A stretch of DNA of 64,000 bases from assembly GCF_009914755.1 (NCBI RefSeq), contig NC_060928.1; one strand, 5' to 3'. A model generated the notes under the pieces. That model made no database searches and was not told where the DNA came from. It worked only from the letters and a program-made list of their open reading frames with translations. The position numbers were made by a program, and so were the translations under genes. Below, piece after piece: positions 41,016-54,877 of the stretch (position 1 is its first letter; each line of letters begins with the position of its first letter). The DNA comes from the human T2T-CHM13v2.0 reference genome, Homo sapiens.

Positions 41016-43365
41016 GTATTCGGTACTAACAGTAGTTCTGGATGAACACAATTGTAAGAACTAATTTTCTGAATCAGTTCTGGAGTTTCTGGAATTGGCT
41101 AATCTGATTAGATTTAAAGACACTAATGACTCTATTTCCAATAGTAAAGAGAGCACTAATAGTCTATGGTATGATCTATTCATAGAGATACTCAAAATAT
41201 CTGTACTGGATATTCTGAATCAACCAATTATAGGAAGCAAGGAACAAAGTGATTCTATATATAATAATTTTGAACTTTTTTTAAACTCAGGAATTTAACG
41301 TCAGGTGGTTCCTTCTAATGTCACTGGACAACATGGTGAAATAAAAGGATGAGCTGACAGATTCAATTTTCAGTTCTAGTGATGAATAAATGATGTAAGA
41401 GCTTCTAGGTGTGCCCTGAGGGAAAGCCATATCTCCTGTAACAATAGGGCTGAAATTGCTGAAAATCAAATGCAGGATTTCATCTTGCAACAAAACTACA
41501 ATCCAAGTTGGGTAGAGTAAATTGCAACCCAAGTTGAACTCCCAGCTTTGCAGGGTATCTACTGTTAAAGTGAGGGCATTGATTGGGAAAGAATTGGCAT
41601 CCTGTGAGTTGGGAAACCTGATATGTAGAAAGCTGATGAAGCTGGGGACATTGAGCCCCTAGATTCTGATGTATTTTTTCCAGTAAAAGAAGTCTCTCTA
41701 CCCTCATCACAATCTTCCATCCTGCCCAGCAGAAGTTGTCTCTCTACCCCCAGTGGAAGTGACATTCCCAACCCAGGTGGTAACAGCTTCCCATCTACAG
41801 TGGTATCAGCCTTTCCGCTTCTGTCTGATGAGATTATCCCAGAATTGCCCAAGAAAGCTGTAATGGCCTCTCCTGAGACAATTGCCAGGCAAGACAATGA
41901 CAATTCTCCTCAGTACCCACTCTACAACCTCCTTTGCCTCTAGACTTAAGTCTTAGAAGACCTCTAAAGGCAAGGTACAGCTCTAAAGAGCTAATTGAGT
42001 TTTCTAATTTATGCAGGCAGAAACATGGGGAACATATTTGGAAATGGATAATAACAACGTGGAATAATGGTGGAAGGAGCATACAGTTATAGCAGGCCAA
42101 ATTTATTAATACAGCCTCATTAAGTTGAGATCCCACATTTAATATTGCAGCTCAAGTAGATAGAAAGAACTCTAAAAATCTGTTTGGTTGGCTGAAACAG
42201 TTTCTACATTTACTATTGCAGCTCTGGGAGATAGAAGGAGCTCTAACATATTGTTTGTTTGGTAGGCTAAAACATGGATTAAAAGAAGACCCACCATGGT
42301 TGAATTGGAAATGTCCAATCTGCCTTGGTATAATGTATAGAAAGGAATTCAAAGGCTAGGGAGATTGGAATATTAATAATATATTTTTTATTTAAGACCT
42401 CATCCTGGGAGGATCCAGAAGATAGACTTTTACTACTATCTTACCAAAAATATACCTTTTAATTTATGAGGGGAGCTCCAACATCCTTGAAGAGCTCTGT
42501 GATTGCCCTTCTCTGTATTTCAGGCCTTTCAGTGGGAACCACAGTCACTCAAATGAAAAACTTAAATGCAACGGGTGTAATAAAGTCCGAGGGTGGCAAC
42601 AGCTAAGTGGTGGTACTCAACCACCAAAGGGGAGGTAGGGTATAGTTACCATAATGGAGAGCACAGCCAAACTAGCAATCAGAATCACATAGGCCTACAA
42701 CATTGGCTAGTTAATTATGGTATTCCAGAAGTGAAATAGACAGGAGGCCTACCATATTTTTACTTTACCTGTATAAGAAGAAAACTTCCAGGTCAAGTGA
42801 AAAAAAATTATAAAAACAGAGAGCTGCTAGTTTGGAGTGGTGTCCAGATTAAGAGAAGGCTCTGCAAAAGGGATCTAGGTTATTGTGTAAGCTGCTCTGC
42901 CACTTACACCTTATGATCCAGCAGACTCACAGTGCTTGCAGTCTCAGTGATAGACAGAGATGCTCTCTGGAGCCCAAAATTTAATTGCAATAGAGGCCTT
43001 GCCATCATCTACAGATAACTACTCTCCTTTTGAGAGACAGATCTTGGACTGCTACTGAGTCTCAGTAGAAACTGAATGCCTGATCAGGTACCACCAAGTT
43101 ATCACGCAATCTGAGCTGCCTATTATTAACTGGATGTTACCTGACCCACCAAGCTATGAATTTAGGCATTTGCAGCAATACTTCATCACCAAATGGAAGT
43201 GGTATAAATGTAACTGGGCACAAGTAAGTTACATAAAGAAGTAGCTCAAATGTCCATGGTTCCTACTACTGCTACACTGTCTTCTCTCTCCCAAACTGTA
43301 TTTATGGCCTCATGGGGAATTCTCTACAATCAGTTGACAGGGAAGACAAAATTTGGCCTAGTTTA
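41016..43365 (+). mobile_element. ERVL internal (gag-like plus pol remnant), decayed
   Basis: NLIRFKDTNDSISNSKESTNSLW gag-like start; jump near 42820 into RT/tether-like sequence (AASLEW, AALPL.PYDPAD, DNYSPFERQILDCY). Confidence 0.8.
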
Positions 43366-46300
43366 TAGACACTACTGTATAATAAGCAAACATCACCTGA
43401 AGGTAGATTTATTATCTGATTTGTTTACTAAAATAGTTATTGCAACAAAAGCTACTCATGGGTTTATAAGGAAGACTATAGTTTAGGCACTTAGAAATGT
43501 CTTTGTTTAAAACAAATTTTTTTAAGTGCACTGTAAAAGCATCATGCAGTCTAGCCTCATAATAATTCTCCCTCTTTGGAGACCCGGATTCAGTATGGGT
43601 TCTGCCCAGAGCTCAGAGATCTGGTTAAAATATAGGTAGCTTCTACTTAAATAAAATTGGTCTCCTCATACAATCCTATGATAACTTTCTGTAATTTTAT
43701 GTTTGATTTGGCATCCATCTTTAATTTCCCTCTAGAACTACCAGACTTTTTCTCTCTGTAACTTGATATGTAAATTTTGCTATCTGATTTTTTTATCTAA
43801 GAGTTGTTTCTTTTGAATATACAGATTTAGGGCTATTTAGCTGACAGCTGCCAGGATAATGAAACAGATTATTGAGTTTGCAGTCTAATTGGAAAAAAAA
43901 AAGGTGGTCTTAGGAATCTATGAGATGTACTTCTATTGCTATGCCTAATACATCTATGTATTTATGTGTTGTGTACACAATGTTTCACTACTAAAAATAT
44001 ATAAAAGAGCCCTAATTAATTGGCTTAAAGAAAAATAAAAGTACTTCAATCAAATATTTTATGAGAAAGGAGGAAAGACTAGCCAAATGCTTTTTCATGT
44101 TTACGAGACTTAAGTAAAATCTTTAATAAATCAGCAGGTTTAAAATTATTGGTAAAGTAATATTAGAAATGCCTTAAGAATTGCCAGCATACCTTTTTGT
44201 TTCCATTTATTAATCAAGCAATTTTATTCTTATCCCTGCCAAATACTATAAGCTGTCAAAATTTGGCATAGGGATTACAAAACTATAATCCCAGCCCAAA
44301 ACAGAATTATCTTTGCTTATGTAATTTTTAATAAATAAGATATTTATATTGGCTTACTGAAAATAGCTACATATATTAACAAATTATAAGGGACTTTAAT
44401 TTTTTAACCCAAAGCTCAACTTTTTTTACATCTTGCCATTTTCAATTTTCTCTCTCCTTTTAAGGGAAGTGATATAGTAGCACTCTCCTTCAACTCATTT
44501 TCAGCTCATTTAAGTTTTTTTTTCCCTCGAGTTCTGTTTGTTGTGGCCTGATACTAACAATGTTTTCTTAAAGTCTATAGGAAATAATTTCTTCCAAAGT
44601 AATATTCTATGCACTGCAGAAGGTCTTTTCTTTTGCATTTTGGTAACTGGCCTAACAGATTTTATAGTTTATCAAAACAATTCCTATATCATTATTATTA
44701 AGTTTTGGTTGGCTTAAAAAAACAGATTAAAATTATTTTTAATTAAGGTTATTGCATTTGTGTGTCTTTCTGTATGTGCTTTTAAAGTACTTGTGACATA
44801 GAGTTTTAAGCCTTTGACTTATGGGCTGAAAAGGACACCAAGTTCTGCTGAAGTTTAAACACTGACAGCAATTAAAGTCTCATTTTCAGGCCTGATAGAA
44901 GATGCCTGTGATGGTTAATACTGAGTGTCAACTTGATTGGATTGAAGGATGCAAAGTATTGATCCTGGGTGTGTCTGTGAGGGTGTTGCCAAAGGAGATT
45001 AACCTACCAGCTTCCAGCTACCAGCTACCAGCACAGCTAGAATAAAAGCAGGCAAAGACTAGACTGGCCTAGCCTCCCAGCCTCTTCCAGCCCCAGAACA
45101 TCGGACTTCAAGTTCTTCAGCTTTGAGACTTGGACTGGTTTCCTTTCTCCTCAGCTTGCGGATGGCCTATTGTGGGACCCTGTGATCATGTGAACTTAAT
45201 ACTCCTTAATAAACTCCCATATATATAGTTCTGTCCCTCTAGAGAACCCTAACTAATATAATGCCAATCAAAATAAACTGCATTGCTGAGACACAGGGCC
45301 AGAAATTAAAGCTATTCAACTCCTCAAGACCCAGGGACTATTGCAGAATAGGTGGGCGAGTGAGACTGTAAGGGCCAATTTTGAGAGATAAAATAAGTTC
45401 AGTTTCTCTATAAATTAACCATTAATGTCAAAGGCACATTGATGCAAGAGCAGTATATGGGTCCCTATGTCAGATTAACAAGGTTTCCTTGAAGCATTAA
45501 CTGACTCCTTAATAAAGGTTATAAAAGGCTTATGAAAGTTTTATCTTATGGTCAAGATGTTATAAGTTGTTAAATTTTGAAAAACAAATTTAATTGGCTT
45601 CATGCTGCTTTCATTACAACTTATTGTTTGGAAAATTAAGTCCTCTCTCAAAGAATGAAGGTTTTCACCTTTTTATGAAATCCTTGAGTTATCACTTTGA
45701 TTAAATAAATGACTACTTTAAAATGACCTGTGATCCTATTTTGTGATATCAATCAAGTGTTTTAAACCTTCGATATTTGACAAACTGTCCAAAATCAAAT
45801 TATTAATTATGTCTTTTTCTGGACTAATTAATCATTTAAGATATTAATCCTTTCAATCCTTAAAGTCCAAAAACTACATATTTGGTTAATTTGTATAAAA
45901 ATTATACAAGAAGGATTACCAAACAGAAAATGGTGTTTGGTTTTCTTTGCACTGTATTTGTATAAATATGTTATTGGAATGTGTTCCAAAATTATGGGAA
46001 ACTCCTATAATTCTGATATGACTTAGTGTATGTTATCAGTAATAATTATACTTGTTATGTTAAATCATTCTGTGCCGCAGAGGTAACAGGTTTTCTTTTC
46101 AATTGTGTCTTTGACTGTGGCTGCCCTAAAACTTTTTGTAATCCAGGGACAATTATTGTCTTGTTTTGGTCCTCTTTAGAAAGTGGGTTTATAATCAGCT
46201 ATAAAACTCTAATAGATGCTCTTGAATATAAGTTTCTGATAACTTTGGAGATTGTAACATCAGAGTAGAGGAACACCTTTCAGGACTCATGGAGGGCTGA

Positions 46301-47647
46301 AATATTCATGAATATCAAGCAGAACAGGAATTACCTGCATGGACTGAACTCATAGAAGACCGAAATAATCTTTGTTACTTTTTCCTTAAACGTTGCTGAT
46401 CCTTTCTTTGTTTTTCAGAGTCAAGAAAAGTTTTCTTTTGAGCTATTGATGGCTTTTAACAATCAAGTATATGCTTATGAACACAATCAGAAGCATATTT
46501 GTTATTCTTTACCTGACTTCTCCAGAATTTGGAAACTATTTGTGAATATTCCTAATTTATGGCAGTACAGCTACTTGCATAAATGCAATAAGAATCTGTT
46601 TTCATTTGTAACAGGACACAATTGGAGAAACTGTTTATTTTATCCAGGTTTTGACTGGAAGGGTATGCTTTTCTTTAAGGAATCAAACTTGACTTATAGA
46701 GCCAATAAATGCCATTTGAAAAAACTGACCTCATACCTTGACTACACAGACCCTGTACAGGGCTCCTGACCTGTGGTAAGTAAAGAATGACACTTTCTGA
46801 TGGGTCCAGGATCCCCAAGTTATCTTGGAACCTCAAGAGGAGAAGAATTCACCCAAATCATAGGTATTTGATGGTAAAAATCTATGGCTGGTCTTAACTT
46901 GAAAAAATGTCTTATCTGAGATTCCTTCTATGGAACAAATTTCCTTCAAAGCCAATTTTAAAAGCCTATGTGAAAAATAATTATTCTTGCTTCACTGTAT
47001 ACAAATAATCTGGACAAGTATAATAAAGCAAATCAGTCCTACCAAGATTATTCTTTAGTAAAAGTTGGAAACTGAAAAAATTATGTTTCAAAAACTATAG
47101 TACACCTGTTGTTTGATTCTAGTCTTGCCTAATATTTTTCTATGTTTCTTATTTTTTTACATTTTGGACTGAATTCTAATTTTTCCTGGCTACAAGCATC
47201 CAAAAGAGTTTTCCATTTTTTTCTTCTTTTTTTCCTTCATTTTCCAAATTTGACATCACTGAAAACTAACCTGTGCTTTTCTAAAGCCCTGCAAACTGAA
47301 TCTAGACAACTTAAACTTCAGAAAAAAAAAAACAACCCATTTACATACAGAAATCCTTTTCATACCTCCCTACTGATGTATGAACTTCAGAGTAATGTGG
47401 CCTATATTGATTTTCTGGGATTTTTGTTTGTTTGTTGTTGTTTTTCTCCCCTTCTCTCCCTCTTTTCTCTTCATAGGACATGAGACTTCTTAGCCTGCTA
47501 AAAATTAGCTTTCCTAATAACTCAGGACCTACCTGTTAGGAATAAACCCTGATAGACATGAAAGATCAGACAAAACCTGAGATCAGAGACTAATTTTCTT
47601 CTAAAATGCTTTCTCCAAAAGATTTTCAAAAAATAAAAGGGGGGAAA
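43366..47647 (+). mobile_element. MER4-group ERV1 internal region, 5'-truncated
   Basis: AT-rich MER4-int-like sequence ending in polypurine tract aaaaggggggaaa before the LTR; left boundary approximate. Confidence 0.75.
44907..45260 (+). mobile_element. MLT2A (HERVL) solo LTR nested in MER4-int
   Basis: tgtgatggttaatactgagtgtcaacttgattggattga...gagaaccctaactaatata; perfect TSD atgcc at 44902-44906 and 45261-45265. Confidence 0.92.
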
Positions 47648-48096
47648 TGTGAAAGGAAGATAAATAATGGGGCCCCCAAAATCACTAAACTAAAGGGAAA
47701 AGTCAAGCTGAGAATTGCTTGGGCAAATCTGTCCCTCATTCTATTCAAACTCATCCCTCCGCTCACTGAGATAAATGCATATGTAATTGCTTCCTTTGGA
47801 AAGGCTAATCAGAAACTCAAAATAATACAACCGTTTGTCTGTCAGTAACCCGCGACCTGGAAGCCCCCTCCCTGCTTGAGTTGGCCCAACTTTCCAGGCA
47901 GAACCAATGTACATCTTACATATATTGATTGATGTCTCACTTTTCCCTAAAATGTATAAAACCAAGCTGTGCTGCAGCCACCTTGAGCACATGTCATCAG
48001 GCCCTCCTGAGGCTAAGTCATGGGTGCACATCCTAACCTTGGCAATATAAACTTTCTAAATTACTTGACACCTGTCTCAGATATTCAGGGTTCACA
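47648..48096 (+). mobile_element. MER4A-type 3' LTR
   Basis: tgtgaaaggaagataaat...aaagggaaaagtcaagctg...tcagggttcaca after the PPT. Confidence 0.85.
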
Positions 48097-51000
48097 CCTC
48101 AAAACCAAGACCACATAGACAATGTTAAGCTAATGAGAAGACCCTTTTCTATAGAGGAGTGGAAAAGACACCTTAATTTTTAAAAATAACCATAGTTAGA
48201 GAAACATAGCAAAAGGAGTTTATAGCTTCATGAGATTTTATTTTTCACTTTGATTTTCAGCATTTCTTAGCATTGGTTATTGAGAGTAAAGAGAATAACT
48301 TGTTCACCAAAGTTGGGGATATTCCTGGGAAAATCCCTGATCTTGCCTCTGATAGCTCCAGAAAAATAGTTTGTTGAAAACCAAGTGGCAAGAATGAAAA
48401 TGCTATACTTCTATTTGTTTTATTTCTTTCATGGTTTTCACATTAGAAGTACCTGGAATATCAGTTGTGTTCAACTGAAAATAGCACTGGAGGCTGAAGA
48501 GAAGATGATGTCACTTTTCATAACATCAGGTGAGGTGACATGGGTATTGGTTCTTGAATGAGAAGACACATGAAGTTCAGCAGAGCCTAGCTGAGCCATA
48601 GCAGTGTGAGCAGGAAATAAATTTCTCCTTGTAAATCTCAGATGTTTCGCAGTGGTCTCTTCTTTCAGTAAATGCTGACTAAAACAGAAGGGGTCCTAGA
48701 AAATAAGACTATATCTCTCCAAATTAACATACACAATTTCCAAATTACAACTAGCTCAGAATCACTTACAGACTTCCAATAATCCATATAGATCCATAGA
48801 GAAGCTTCCTGAATTGTGCCTAAGCTTGTTTAGGTCATTGGTCCCTGTGCCATGTATTGCATGGTAATTTAATTGAATTGTTTTCAGGCCAGTCTATTTT
48901 ACCCCAACTGCCTAGCCTCATCACCTGCTTTTGTTCCTTGTAATTTCAGAGGACACAATAAGAATAAAAATACAAGATTTGTAAGCATGCTAATTACCTT
49001 TAATACTTTCTGAAAGGATTCATTGTAATGTAGTTACTAGAAGACCGTAGCATTATCTGACAATGATGACATCCTCCATTTTGCTTGTCAATCTAATAAA
49101 CAACTCTAACATTTATTAGAATTAAACAACAATTATTTTGTTATGCTTATAATTTCTGAGAGTTAGTAATGTATTCAGGGTAAAATACAGATGAGGTATC
49201 TCTATGATGTCTGAAGCCTCTGTTAGGGTGGCTCAAATGGCTGGAAATTTGACTTAAAAAGTGCTTGATGGGAACAATATATCTGGGACTTTAGTTCTTC
49301 TTATGTCTACTAGAACTGAAAAAATCAAGATTCACCTTTATTGTTTACATGGTCCACCCTGACTTAAGATGGCTAAAACAACTGAGAGATAGCCAGCATC
49401 ACTCTCTTTCCATGTGGCCTCTTTGTGTGATTCACTTGAGTTTCCTCAGAGTAAGATGAAATCAGGTAGTAAGATGAACTCAGATTTCATATATGAAAAT
49501 TGACTTCCCCCAGGGTGAATGTATCAGTAATCCTAGGAAGAACCTACTACACTTTTTATGACATAGCCTCAGGAGGCACAGTGTCATTTTTCTATTCTAT
49601 TGGTCAAAAATGAGTCACAGGCCAGCAGTACTATTGTGCAGGTTGAATACAGGAATTTAACAGGGCATCATTACTATCATACCTACAGTGGGTTTGAATA
49701 TTTTCTATATAATTGATTACACTAATTTTGTAAATCAGTGAAGTGCCTTGTTTTTCAAAAAGTGGGTACATTATTGCAACTTTCAAAGAGATGGAAATAA
49801 GTTTTCCTGAGTAAGGATTACCTCTTTTCACTTTGCACAAGGATACTCTATGTAGAAATGGTGGTCTTGGCTTTTTATAGGCTCTCTGCCATTAATTACT
49901 CACTTATCATCCATTATTCTAATATATATATATATATCCCCCACACTTTTGCCAATAATGCTTTTTATAAACCATTTCTTATCATCTTCACTTCTCTGCT
50001 ATTCTTTTTATCTGCAATAGCCAAATGCCATTTTCTTATCTGGAGTTACAAATCTAACCCTGAATTTTTCAAGGTCACCTGTTAGATATACCCTATTTCA
50101 AACCTTGTTAGGAAATAATTTCCTCCTTTCAAAACTTGGCGTCCATTTTATACACACCTCATTAAATCTATCCACCCTGTATTATATTACACTTGTATAT
50201 TCACTCAGTAAATGAAAGAAATACTTATTCAATGTCTATCATATGCTAAACATGTTCCAAGTTGCTGAGTTACCAATACTAGAGAAGATGCACAGATTCT
50301 TGACTTTATGAATCTTTAGATTATTGCTGATAATGGACATTAAATAATTGTTACATTAACTTATGTGGTGATATATAAAGGAAATAGCACTGTATTTTAA
50401 AAGTATAGTACAGAGGACACTAAAGTAATCTAGTAGTTATGTTACTTTGCATGGATTGAAGAAAAAAATATGGTTTTATAGGACAATAAAAGTCTTTCAT
50501 TTTATCTAGGACATAAGCCATATGTAATTAGAAGTGAGAAATAAGTCTGTAAACATTCAGAGTTGGTATTACGAGGTGGAATTGGGCAATTAATCACATG
50601 CTTAGAGTTTAGAACATGGGAATAACAAGGTCAGATTAACGTTTCAGAAGAACATTTGCTCTGGCAGTGATAAGGAGAATGTTTCCTCTAAATTGTAATA
50701 TTAAATACAAAACAAATCAGTATTTAAGAAGGACTTTATTTGAAAGGATTGTTTCAAGGGGGCAGAGGATAGAGTGACTATTGTAGTACAGGAAGGTGGG
50801 CTACTGCAATAGGGAGAATGTTCTGACCGCAAGATCAGCAAATGTCTTAAGAGTTTGGTAGAAAGAATTTTCTTTCATACATAGGAGTCAACTAGACTGG
50901 AAAGAAACGTGTGGAGAAGTAGAATGAAAGGGTGTCCTGATAGAAAAGTGAATCAGAGAATGTTTTATCTTAAGGCCAGCCTACTCTCAGGATGGGATAT

Positions 51001-52789
51001 TACAGAGGGGTTGTTTGCTGATCAAGCTTAGGGTGGGTCGAAGTCTTGGGGAAAGGAGAAAATTTTAACCACAGTTTAGTTAAAAACATTTTTTTCCCAC
51101 TGGTCAATGAGGTTAAACACTTAGCTAATTATTTACTAGGCAAAGGATGGGAATGTGGAGGGTCTGTTTCTGCTCTTGTCATAGGTAAAGGGAGCCACGC
51201 ATGAGTCATATCTATGGCTATGGGCAAGGGTATATCTTTGCAGTGATACATCTTCTGGAACACAAAAGGGTGAAGAGATTTACTTAACTTTCACTGTTTT
51301 CCAGGAGCACAGGGCTCAGATAAAGTTTACATTATCAGTAATGCTGCAAAATTGTGAATATGCTGAGATGAGAAATCAAATGTTAATCATCTGTTCTCCT
51401 GGAAGTTCAAGGTGCCTTCCATAGACTACTGAAAAATACAGGGTAGTAATGAGGACAGACATGATGGCGAGTCTGCCTTGTCTGCTTGTCATGAATTAAG
51501 CAAGGCAGGGTAATTATTTCAACTACATTTTTAATATGAAAGATAACAACACTTATCTTCTTTCATTAAATGGAACAGGCAAAATATGAAAATATTAGTA
51601 AGCATGCTTTGTAAACTGCAAACCATCACACGTGTTATTTTAGTATGTGCAAAATGAACACTTGCTAAACAAATGAGTGAGCACAGAGGTGTGAGGGGAC
51701 AAGAAGAGCTCCATGTCCTCTCTTTGCTCCTTGGTTAGGACATACTGCTTCCTCTACCCCATGCTTGCCTCTGTATCTTGCTCAAGTAGGAAAGAACAAG
51801 TCAAGCATAACTTGCCAGAGATAATAACTTTGAATTATCTTCTGTCCAGGACTTATTAAAAGCCTGGTTGTAATAAGCAATATTTATGGAGAGTGGTTTG
51901 AAGGGAGTAAATTTCATCTGTTCCTCCAGATATTTAAGATGTTATCCTGGGTTAAAGCCAGGCCATCAAAGAGCTATAGAATTAGACTGAACTGTTTTGT
52001 CTCCTCATAGAGTAACTTTTACTGAGCCTAGCCTTCAGGGAAGAGTACAGTGAAAGGGTTTAGAGCTCTGATTCTAGACTTAGGGCACACTTGAAGTTGA
52101 ATCTTAGTTCTGTCACTTAATCGTTGTGACCTTAAGCAATTTATTTAACCTCCTTGAGCACTATCTGTAGATGCAGTTCATATAACTTCCTCATAGATTT
52201 TCTGAAAGGCTATGTGAAATTATATATTCAAAAATGTTATCACAACTCCTGTAGATAATAAACTTCTTTCGGGGTTTCTTTCCAGCTAAAAAAGTGATGT
52301 TCTGAACGTTACAGACTTAGAAACTCAACAGTCAAGTTTGTAAGAGTGACCCTTTCTTTTTGACCACAGATGACCAAGAAGGAAGTAGACATTCTCTCAA
52401 TTAAGGCTATCAGATTGGGAATGAGAAATCTGTATCTAGACGTTCAAGTTCAAGATCCTTTTGGGTTGGTCTCTTGAATATGCAAGTCAATGCATTTGGC
52501 ACCAGAGAAGCCAAATTTTATTTGCAATGTGAATTAAGGAGAAGAGGGAGACAGAGAGAAAAGAGGACTGGATTTGAGAAAAATAGGTTTCTGACAACTT
52601 TTCACAAGGGTTTGCAGTTCTTTTCTAAAGCTGCACTTTTGGATCCAAGAACAGCATCAAGGGGAAACTATATGACTAATTTTAGAAGCTATATATTTCT
52701 ATTACATAAACTTTAATTATTCATCCTTTTCATTTTTAGAATAAAAAGTTTCAAATTGTATCACAATAAAATTAAATGTAAAAGAGAAT

Positions 52790-52955
52790 CCAGGTACCAT
52801 GGCCCACGCCTCTAGTCCCAGATGCTTGGAAGGCTGAGGCAGGAAGATTGCTTGAACCCAGAAATTCTGGACTATAGTGTGCAGTGATTGTGTATGCAAA
52901 TAGCCACTACACTCCAGCCTGGGCAACATAGCAAAACTTGTCACTCAAAAAATAA
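52790..52955 (+). mobile_element. Alu monomer (FAM/FRAM)
   Basis: ggctgaggcaggaagattgcttgaaccc...cactccagcctgggcaacatagc. Confidence 0.75.
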
Positions 52956-53191
52956 ATGTATAAAATGATATACTATAAAGAATCTCCCCATCCTTGTTTT
53001 CTATCTATCTGCTCATTCTCATTTTTCACCCCCATTAGATAACCACTATTATTAGGGTTTGTATAACCTTCCTAATATTTTTTAAATGCTTAGTTCCACA
53101 TAGTTTTTATACAAATAATGCCTGTTTTGTACCTTGCTCTTTAAATATAACAGGTGTTTCTATAGCAACACATATAAAACTTTCTCTCTCT

Positions 53192-53490
53192 CTTTTTTTT
53201 TTCTTTTTCTGAGACAGGATCTCTGACTTTGTTACCCAGGCTGGAATGCAGTGGTGCAATCACTGCTCACTCCATCCTCGACCTTCCAGCTCAAGCTGTC
53301 CTCCCACCTTAGCCTCTCATGTAGCTGAGACCACAGGCATGCATCACCACATCTGGCCAATTTTTAAATTTGCAGTAGAGATGAGGTCTCACTAATCAAA
53401 GGGGGTGGTCTTAACTCCTGCGATCAAGCAATCCTCCTGTCTGAGCTTCCCAAAGTGCTGGGATTACAGGCATCAGCCACTGTACCCAGC
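53192..53490 (-). mobile_element. AluJ
   Basis: PolyT, gagacaggatct...ctcaagctgtcctcccacc...cccaaagtgctgggattacaggc. Confidence 0.88.
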
Positions 53491-54094
53491 TGTGTTTCCT
53501 TATTTCTGAAAGGATTTCTACTGTGATGTATTTACTGGACTTTACTGACTATATTATTTCCTATCTTTTATTAACATAAGCAATGCTGATACTAATAATC
53601 TTATAAATGTATTATTCTGCATGTTTGCAAGTGTATCTGTAAGGCAATTTCCCATAATTAGAATTGTTCGCTCAAAATATTTATTAGTTGTAATTTTTCT
53701 AGATATTCATGAATTGTCTTTTATAGGAGTTGTAATAAAGTGTTATTATTGTTTAATTTTTTTGACAATTTGTTAGAAAAATGTTACCTAGCATAGTTTT
53801 AACTAACATTTATTTTACTGTGAGTGAGGTTGAACAGGTATTCATGTGTTTAAAAGCCATCTGCCTTTCTTTTTCTCTACATTTTTTTTACATTCTTTTT
53901 CAGATTTCTCTTTAGTTGTTGTCTTTTCCTGATTGATTTTTTGGAGCTATGTTATGTACTAGAAGCATTACTCCTTACTCCATATTAAGAGTTACAGATA
54001 TTTAGTCTCATTTATCACATATCTTTTTACTTTTGAATTGATTTTTTACAATGCAAAGAGTTTTGATTTAATTTCATTTTTTGCCTGTCAGATT

Positions 54095-54877
54095 TTTTTT
54101 ATTTTTTGTTTTTTTAACTTTTATTTTAAGTTCAGGGGTACATGTGAGGATGTGCAGGTTTGTTACATAGCTAAATGTGTGTCATGGGGTTTTGTTGTAC
54201 AGATTATTTCATCACCTAGGTATTAAGCCTAGTATCCATTAGTTATTTTTCCTGATCCTCTCCCTCTTCTTACCCTCTGCCCTCCAATAGGCCCCAGTGT
54301 GTGTTGTTCCCCTCTATGTGTCCATGTGTTCTCATCATTAGCTCCCACTTATAAATGGGAACATGTGGTATTTGATTTTCTGTTCCTGCATTAGTTTGCT
54401 AAGAATAATTGCCTCCAGCTCCATCTATGTCCCTGCAAAGGACATGATCTCATTCTTTTTTAATGGCTGCATAATATTCCATGGTGTGTATGTACCATAT
54501 TTTCTTTATCCAATCTATCACTGATGGGCACTTGGGTTGATTCCATGTCTTTGCTGTTGCTGCAATGAACATATAAGTGCATGTGTCTTTATAATATTAC
54601 AATATATATTCTTTTAGGTATATACCCAGTAATGGGATTTCAGGGACAAATAGTATCTGTGTCTTTAGGTCTTTGAGGAATTGCTACACTGTCTAAAAAG
54701 CTCAATATCACTGATCACTAGAGAAATGCAAATCAAAACTACAATGCAATACCATCTCACACCAGTCAGAATGGCTATTATTAAAAAGTCAAAAAATAAC
54801 AGGTGCTGGTAAGGTTGCAGGGAAAAAGGAATGCTTATACACTGTTGGTGGGGTGTACGTTAGTTCAGACATTGTGA
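54095..54877 (-). mobile_element. 5'-inverted L1PA (older, PA13-like)
   Basis: Antisense 3'UTR/ORF2 from about 54095-54694, then L1 ORF2 in plus orientation about 54695-54877 (gagaaatgcaaatcaaaac...cattgtg). Confidence 0.85.

Noticed and set aside
48270-51340. Probable additional old LTR (MLT1/ERV1), L2 and MIR fragments here and elsewhere (e.g. 8570-10250, 28140-28900, 30590-31470)
   Set aside because: Too diverged to assign family or boundaries reliably by eye, so not listed as features.
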